The notes under the pieces: model-generated | Told to the model about the DNA's origin: nothing | Seen by the model: only the letters and a program-made list of their open reading frames with translations | The model's database searches: none | DNA from: Sphaerodactylus townsendi | Taxonomy: Eukaryota | Direction of reading: 5' to 3' | Assembly: GCF_021028975.2 (NCBI RefSeq) | Contig: NC_059440.1 | Span: 10,974,001 to 11,038,000, forward strand | DNA length: 64,000 bases | Part shown: piece after piece, positions 56,271-64,000 of the stretch | Layout of the letters: each line of letters opens with the position of its first letter | Position numbering within the stretch: the first letter of the stretch is position 1 | Translations under genes and position numbers: made by a program

Positions 56271-56411
56271 CAGGGGTCTGCAACCTGCAGCTCTCCAGAT
56301 GTTCATGGACTACAAATCCCATCAGCCCCTGCCAGCATGGCCAATTCTGGCAGGGGCTGATGGGATTTGTAGTCCATGAACATCTGGAGAGCTGCAGGTT
56401 GCAGACCCCTG
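56271..56411. mobile_element. Palindromic hAT MITE
   Basis: TIR CAGGGGTCTGCAACCTG; perfect TSD ACTTAGGA. Confidence 0.9.
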
Positions 56412-56501
56412 ACTTAGGAGAAGGATGGAAGGACAAGTATGCTTGGGTCCCTGGTTGGGTCAGCCACCACATTCAGATCTTGGGGCACTCTTTCACTCAT
56501 G

Positions 56502-56840
56502 GATTTTGCCATCAAGTCACAGCTGGCTCACGTCAATCTCAGGGCCATGTCATTGCAAGAGCTGAGGTGGTTTGCCATTGCCTGTTTCTACATATCAACG
56601 CCAGCCTTTCTTGGTCATCTCCTGTCCAAGTATTAACCGACCCTGCTGAGCTTCCAAGCTCTGATGAGGTCAGGCTAGGCCCGCAGTGGCGAACCTTTTG
56701 CACTCCAGATGTTATGGACTACAATTCCCATCAGCCCCTGCCAATTGGCCATGCTGGCAGGGGCTGATGGGAATTGTAGTCCATAACATCTGGAGTGCAA
56801 AAGGTTCGCCACCACTGGGCTAGGCTGTGCTATTAGGCTG
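56502..56840 (-). mobile_element. 5S rRNA-derived SINE with RTE-like tail, interrupted by a hAT MITE (56681-56817, TSD GGCTAGGC)
   Basis: Minus strand reads gcctgacctcatcagagcttggaagctcagcagggtcggttaatacttggacaggaga (5S A/IE/C boxes), then aggcaatggcaaaccacctc. Confidence 0.7.
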
Positions 56841-58554
56841 CTCATACCCAGGAAGCCCTCTGAATACAGGGCAGGTGGTGGCAGATCCCGGCAAGATTCC
56901 CAAATCATATTGATGTCCAAAAGCAAAAGGCAAAGCAGGGTGTAGCAGAAGCCCCTCTGTCTGTCTCTTGCACAGCTCCGTCGCTTTTCTTTTGTGCCTG
57001 GGAAGGAGCTGTGTGACTCCCAGGCAGTGCGGTTGAGTTGAGGAAGGCTGTGGTGTCCTTCCCGCCCCCAGCAGCATTTGCGCTGTTTCTGAGGCGGTTG
57101 ATCCAAATTGGCACCCTTTCTCCCACCCTCCGTTTTTAATTAGCAAATTCAATATGGAGCTGGTCCACCAGGCAGTTTCCCTGCACAAGCCTCACAGAAG
57201 AAGTCCATTAGAATCCCGGGCAGCTCTGTCAATTCCTGGGTGGCTTCTGCCCCAGAGCGGTCCCTGTGGCTTGTTCCTTACATGCCAGATTTGTGGGTCT
57301 CTTGCTCTGCTGCCTTCTTCCATGTGTGCCCCCAGCATTCTTGTGAGTTGATGAGTCTTGTGTATTTTCCCACAGTTTGTTCCTTGGTGCCCAAGCCCTG
57401 CAGTTCTGTTGGGAAGGGCTACGCGCCTCCCTGTCCCCACAAGTTCCATGGTCTCTCAGAACCAAGAGATTCATTCCTTGGGAATCTGCTTATAGGGGAA
57501 GCATGCGTGGACTCTTTTTTCCCCCTCTCCACGCCAGCTGGGGGGGGGGGGGCGTGGAACCCACCTCCGGGTGGCCACATCGGACTGCATGGTAGCCATT
57601 CAAAGATCTGTCTAGGAGGGAGGTTGGTGGGTCTCTTTATCCTGACTTGCAAGCACACTGGGAATGTTTTATGTCTATAATATATATTCTGTAATTTGGG
57701 GGGAAATCGAATTCTGGTTTGCAAGGGAGTTAATTGAATCCGTGCCTTGTGGCAGGGCATCTTGGAAGGGGGAAGAGAATGCCCTTCCCCCGCCCACCTG
57801 TGCCCAATTTGCTCCAAGCTGTATTCCGCGGGGCTTTCTCTCTCTTGCTCCTCTCTTTCTCTTTTTAATAATTTGTTTTATAATTCCTGGAATCAAACCC
57901 ATCGCAGACATACTGTTCCATTTTACTGCATGATTGGATTATACTTCCAATGAATCACTGGAGGATGCTCGAAGGCCACCGACAGGATCGCTTATAGATT
58001 CCTCCCCTCATATGCAGAAATCATTCTTAGTTATATGGACCAGTTCTCTGCCTTCTCACCCCAGCAGCCAAGGGCCATTTCTCAGCCTGCTCGTCAAGGC
58101 AGTATTCGGTTGTGATAGAACCATGTAGCTTAAGTTGCCCTTAAACTCTGGCATGCGTTGACCCTTGCCCTCTGGGGTTCACTTACAGGTGAACCCTCAG
58201 GAGCTGAATGTAATTACTTTGGAGTGTGATGTTGCTCACTTTCAGAGGTATTCTCACCTTCACATGTTCCAGATCTGAGCTACTAGGACAGACTATCTCA
58301 GCAGCAGAGCATGCGTTTTGCATGCACAAGGTCTCAGTTGAAAGGTTGTTAGATGTCATATGTGCCAAGGCGACTCTGTGTCTGAGACTGGGGATATAGG
58401 GTTGTCAGGTCCAGGTTGGGAAATACCTAGAGATTTGGGGGGAAGGGTGAATAGGTTAGGGTTAGGTGGATGTCCTATGCTCATCCATCATAGGATAAGG
58501 TTTGGGGATGGGAGGGCTTCAGTGGCTCATAATGCCATAGAGCCCACCTCTTGA

Positions 58555-58860
58555 GAGCCAGCGTGGTGTAGTGGTTAAGAGCAGGTGCACTCTGATCTAG
58601 AGAACCGGGTTTGATTCCCATCTCTGCCGCCTGAGCTGTGGAGGCTTATCTGGTGAACTAGATTAGCTTGTGCACTCCCACACACACTAGCAGGGTGACC
58701 TTGGGCTAGTCACAGTTCTTCGGAGCTCTCTCAGCCCCACCTACCTCACAGGGTGTTTGTTGTGGAATGGGGGTAAGGAAAAGGAGATTGTCAGCCCCTT
58801 TGAATCTCCTTGCAGGAGAGAAGAGGGGGATATAAATCCAACTCTTCTTCTTTTTCTTCC
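58555..58860 (+). mobile_element. Squam3-like SINE
   Basis: Full copy. Confidence 0.85.
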
Positions 58861-59256
58861 TCTGAAGCAGCCATTTTCTCCAGGCAGGCTTGCCAACCTC
58901 CAGGCAGCATCTGGAGATCTGTTACTGTTACAACAATCAAGATCAAATTCCCCTGGAGGAAATGACTACTTTGGAAAGTGGAGTGTACAGCATTAACCCT
59001 GCTGAGGCTCCTCCCCTGGCTCCACCCACAAAATGTCCAAGTATTTCTGAACCCAGAGCTGGCAACCCGATCTCTAGGTTGTCTGGAGATGAGTTGCAAT
59101 CCCAGGAGATCTCCAGTTACCACCTCTAGGTTGGCACTCCTTCTTGGGAGAGATGGTGGGATCTGGTGACCGGCTCCATGGAAACAGGTTCTGGGCTCCA
59201 CCTAGGTGAGCTCCAGTATCGATAGATTGGAGGGTAAGACACTTTGAGGCCTAGAC

Positions 59257-59438
59257 CAGGGGTCTGCAACCTGCGGCTCTCCAGATGTTCATGGGCTACA
59301 AATCCCATCAGCCCCTGCCAGCATGGCCAATTGTAATTGTAGTCCATGAACAATTGTAATTGTAGTCCATGAACAATTGTAGTCCAAGTGTAATTGTAGT
59401 CCATGAACATCTGGAGAGCCGCAGGTTGCAGACCCCTG
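59257..59438. mobile_element. hAT MITE with internal tandem expansions
   Basis: TIR CAGGGGTCTGCAACCTGCGG; perfect TSD GCCTAGAC; aattgtagtcca(tgaac) repeated 4 times. Confidence 0.88.
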
Positions 59439-61569
59439 GCCTAGACGATGGCCATCATGGGGGTGTAACAGTGTATTACCCCTCTGTGAGGGAAGCACTC
59501 CTTCTAAAACACACATCTGTCTGTAAGGCAGAACAAAAGCTGGGAACCTTCCCCCGGTTGTCTCTGTGGCTTTCTGTCATTTCCCATTTGGGTCCTTAGT
59601 CACGGTGATTATTGGGGTCAGCGTGTAATTAAAGGTATGTGTGTTTTAGCCAGTTATTGTTACAGTTGATTTCTTCCGATTGTTTTTGCTTCTGAATAAC
59701 TGTAACCCGCAATAAGTTGGTTAGAGATTTCTGTCACACAACAGGAGCCCCCGCCTGTCACCCCCTTTTCTCCCCCCCCCCCCCCGCCTTTCGTGAGCTC
59801 GGCTTGCAGAAAGCGAGGGGCAAGCTCAGAGCGCTATGGACAGGAGAGCCCCTTCATACTTGTGTGCGGTGGTGGTGGGGGGCCAGCGTCCCACACCTCT
59901 GCCCCTTTTTAGCCATGCAACAGCTGAGGCCTTGCAGCATCTGATGAAGCCTGCCTGACCGGAATGGTGAGGCCCTTTCCCAGTGGCTCTTGTGCAGAGC
60001 CTAGCATGCCGGGCCCACGCGGTCTTGCATTTGCAGCCTCTTCAAACAGGGACCCAAGAACCCACAGACATCTTCACAAAGCGGGCTTGACCACACTGCT
60101 CACGTACAAGTGCTTCGAGCAGTCCAAGTTCTGTTGGCTAGGAGTAAAAATAGCTCCAGGTTCTGCTGTGTGTCTCGGTTTGGTGGCGTTTTAAAATTAG
60201 GTTCCTGTGAGTGCTGACTAAACCTCAGACTCCCAGGAGCAGAAACAGCCTTGTGGGGAAGTCGCCCTCAGTCCCCATTCTCAAGTTCCATTGGCCCACC
60301 AGCAGCCTGAGAGATGACAGTCCAATGTCTTTGGGCAAGTCTGGAACAGATTGAGCCCCGCTGCCTAGTCATGGGAAGAAAATGGGTTTTTTGCAGCGGC
60401 CGCCCCTTTCTTGTTGGAAGCTGGTTTGAGGGCCGCTAGCTTCTCTCAAAATAACTGCCAGCGGATCGTTGAGTTGATTAAACAACCAACCTTTGACTGA
60501 GTGGTTGACTGATCATATTTAAATAAATCTGAACTTTTCCTGGGCTCCTGAATAGCCGATCCGGAACACAGCAGTTGTCACCAGGAGCTGACGGTATGGA
60601 ATGTACATCACCACGTGATGTTACCAGATAGTGATTCCCAGTGCTGCCGTGGGCCTTTGAAAGCATTTCTTTGGAGTGTGTTCACAGCATGAGCATTTTT
60701 GGTAGCAAATCTTTAAGTGGGGGGGATCTCCCATGGAAGGGGGGAGGATCCCTATTTGTATGGTTCACCTTAGGACTTTCTGATACAACTCGCTTTTTTG
60801 TGTGTTGGCTTTTTCTGACACAAGGTTTTTAAAGGTTTTATGTTTTTGACTGTTCCGTGCTGGCGCTTTATTTTTCCCCCCTAGATTGTTGCATTCTATT
60901 TTCAAGTCGTGATTGCCTAACAGAGCGATCCAGATTTTTTTTTGGGGGGGGGGGTGCGGAGGCAATTGGAGATGGGACGGGGCACAAAGCGAGAAAACTT
61001 GAAATCCCTCTGGCCTCTCAAATTGCCCCATAGGACAAACAGGCTTACGCTGCAGGACCAGGGGCCATTTCCAGGCTGGTACACCAGTGGAAGCCGACAA
61101 ACATCATTAATTGTAAGCTGACGCGGCAGCATGGAAATATCCTAAATCTGGTGTCACCAACCTTTGGGGCAACCCTAGTTCAAACCCCCCCTCAAGGAAA
61201 AAACAAAGAACAGGTATAGTGAGGTGTAAGGACTCAACGAAAGAGGAAGCCTCCCAAGTTATCCTGTAACATTCATATGCTTATACACGTGTATTTAATA
61301 AAGTGCCCCCTCTAGACATCCAAAGTGCATAATCATAATACTGCATAAAAATGTCCCAAAAACTCTGTGGAAATCCAGACCGTGTACAGGACAATCCGTT
61401 AGTATTCAAAAGGTAGGATAAACATATCCATATCAGTACAGAAATTCCCGTTACATAGTCCAAAGTACGAATTCTAAATCAGATTTCAAACAGGGACAGG
61501 TGTCCAGATAAAATACTATTCCGCATGATGTCAGTAATTCCACTTCATCAGCAATACATATGTGCTACC

Positions 61570-62083
61570 TTGCAGAATTTGGGACTCTTTAGTTTGGAGA
61601 GGAGACGTCTGAGGGGGGAGATGATTGAAGTCTATAAAATTATGCATGGGGTAGAAAATGTTGACAGAGAGCAATTTTTCTCTCTTTCTCACAATACTAG
61701 AACCAGGGGGCATTCATTGAAAATGCTGGGGGAAAGAATTAAGACTAATAAAAGGAAACATTTCTTCACGCAACAGGTGATCGGTGTTTGGAATATGCTG
61801 CCACAGGAGGTGGTGATGGCCACTAACCTGGATAGCTTTAAAAGGGGCTTGGACAGATTTATGGAGAAGTCGATGTATGGCTACCAATATTGATCCTGCT
61901 TGATCTGAGATTGCAAATGCCTTAGCAGTCCAGGTGCTCGGGAGCAGCAGCAGCAGCAGAAGGCCCTTGCTTTCACCTCCTGCATGTGAGCTCCCAAAGG
62001 CATCTGGTGGGCCACTGCGAGTAGCAGAGTGCTGGACTAGGTGGACTCTGGTCTGATCCAGCAGGCTCTTTCTTACGTTCTTA
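61570..62083 (+). mobile_element. CR1 LINE 3' end
   Basis: LGLFSLERRRLRGEMIEVYKIMHG...FFTQQVIGVWNMLP; closely similar to 40563-41104. Confidence 0.92.
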
Positions 62084-62876
62084 TTCCGGTCGCTTACATA
62101 GGATTGCCATCATTCCAAGATTTTCTTCAAGTAGCTTCCTTAAGGAGATACGTTCCTTAGCTGTTGGGCATAATGTTCCGTTGATCCTGGCCTGCTTTTT
62201 AAGGTTGTCCAGTACATGGTCTGGATTTCCACAGCGTTTTGGGGACATTTTTGTGTAGTATTATGATTATGTACTTTGGATGTTTAGAGGTTGCATTTTA
62301 TTAAATACACATGTATGAGCATACGAATGTTACATGTTAACTTGGTAACCATCATGTAGCGATCCTGGGTTTTTCCCTTTAGTTGAGTTCAGATCCACTC
62401 ACTCAGCCACAAAGCTCACCGGGTAACCTTGGTCCAATCATGCTTGCCCCGGCTGCTTTCACAGGGTTGTTGGAGGAAAGAGAAACCAGGTATGTAGCCC
62501 TGAGCTTCTTGGAAGACGGCCAGGATATGAATGTGATTAATGTCAGAAGGAAAGACCTCCTGTTTTGTGTTTTGTTCCAAAGACTAAAGTGGCCTTTTAC
62601 TTTGGCCCCTCCAGTTAGAATTCATCCTCTTCTATATTATAAGTTGATCACTTTTCTGATTAAATTTGACAGTCCTACAGGCCGGTCCAACTCCCAGGCC
62701 TAAATAGCTGTGATACAGGGCATGCAACATTTTTGAGCCCTGGGAAAGGCCCGGCAAGTGCTAGCGAGGCTGCTCAGATAGCAACAAGAGAAGCCAGTGA
62801 TGAGGTGCAATTAGAACTGAAGCAAGAACTCCCAGGGCATTTTTCGGCTCTTCATCCTACGTGTGATGCTCTGAGG

Positions 62877-63010
62877 CACAGGTGTCAAACTCATGGCCCT
62901 CCAGATGTTATGGACTACAGTTCCCACCATCCCCTGCCAGCATGATGCTAGCAGGGGATGATGGGAACCATAGTCCATAACATCTGGAGGGCCGCGAGTT
63001 TGATACCGAG
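62877..63010. mobile_element. Palindromic hAT MITE
   Basis: ggtgtcaaactcatggccctccagatgttatggact...agtccataacatctggagggccgcgagtttgatacc. Confidence 0.75.
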
Positions 63011-64000
63011 GGGTTTCTCCTCTGCGCCAGGTCTAAATGCAGCAGGGAGTTTGTTTGGCTGCTGAACAGCTTCACTGGGGCACAGTTCAGGCAGATTGCA
63101 GATGTTTCACTGAAGGGCTGCTGCACCCCAGTTCACTATGCTGGCTGCATTTTTTCCACGCAGGGAGCGGTCGAAACAGCAGCACAGCTAGACTCGGCAG
63201 AAGGGATAGAGCTGTGCCTTGCGATTTGGCTAGGAGGCATCCTCGGCCCACCCTCAGTGGTTTATTTTGTCCCCTGCAAATTGGCTTGACTGGCCCTTTT
63301 AGAGACTTGGGGCTGGGAACTCAGCCTGGCGTGTGAAAGCAGCCATCGGGATTCTCTGATTTCTGCAGCCTCAGTGGGAGCATCAGAGCCTCCGCTCTGT
63401 CATTTTGCGCATGGCCTCTGCGGCTACTTGGAGTTTCTGACTCCAGATTCTAAGAGGACATCCTCTTGCTCGTGGCTCCTCCCTCCGTTGCGTCTCTTGG
63501 GCAAGGCCTTGGGATCTGTTCTGGGCGAGGGGAGGCGACGCCTGCACTGTGCATGCCACCTTTTCAGGAAGCCGCTCACGGCAACTCTCCCAACATCAAA
63601 TTAAAAACAGGTCAAAGCAGAGAAGGCTAATTGGCTCGGCAAAGGAAGCCCAGCAGCCAAATCCTTCAGGATGAAAACATGCTAAAAATGCACAAGGCAG
63701 CCAAGCGCAGGCCAGTCGACCATAAAAGATACTAAAATGGCTGAATAAAAAGTGGAATAAAGACTCAAAATGCACTTGAGTGTCCACAGATCAGGCACCA
63801 GGGGAACCTTTTAAGGGGAGAGCATTCCAGAGCCGGGAGGCACAGCGGAGAAACCGTTGCCTTTGGTTTCTCCCCGACCTCTGTGGATGCGCGCACAAGC
63901 TGAGGATGTTGCTACTTTCTCTTTGAAGGCTGGGGGATGTAGACCAATGCTGGAGAGGCACCCAGACCCCCACCCCGGGTTGTTCCTGGTTGTCTGGCAG

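Noticed and set aside
56214-64000. Further SMG6 coding exons
   Set aside because: No exon 11-like peptide recognised; the intron appears to extend past the window end.

Overview
Vertebrate genomic DNA, most likely from a squamate and probably a gecko. This is inferred from ~19 copies of a tRNA-derived Squam3-type SINE with (CTT)n tails, plus SPIN, CR1, Rex1/Babar and Penelope-like repeats. Four spliced protein-coding genes lie head-to-tail on the + strand, reconstructed by hand with GT-AG junctions and consistent frame: the last 3 coding exons of POLDIP2 (to 1475), complete TSR1 (15 exons, 4540-16363, 806 aa) hosting a SNORD91-family C/D snoRNA, complete FANCG (14 exons, 17856-30062, 643 aa), and exons 1-10 of SMG6 (31369-56213, continuing beyond the window). 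The main anomaly is gene order. An intact, intron-containing FANCG sits between TSR1 and SMG6, where the human genome has SRR (serine racemase), and no SRR sequence is visible. Other points of interest: Penelope-derived minimal hammerhead ribozymes next to and inside TSR1 (one locked in a ~120-bp fold-back), a SINE tail forming the splice-acceptor region of SMG6 exon 4, a GC-rich Harbinger MITE creating a CpG island in FANCG intron 5, and several nested or inverted transposon structures. Gene identities rest on recognition of translated peptides from memory; no database search was run. Repeat boundaries without TSDs are approximate.
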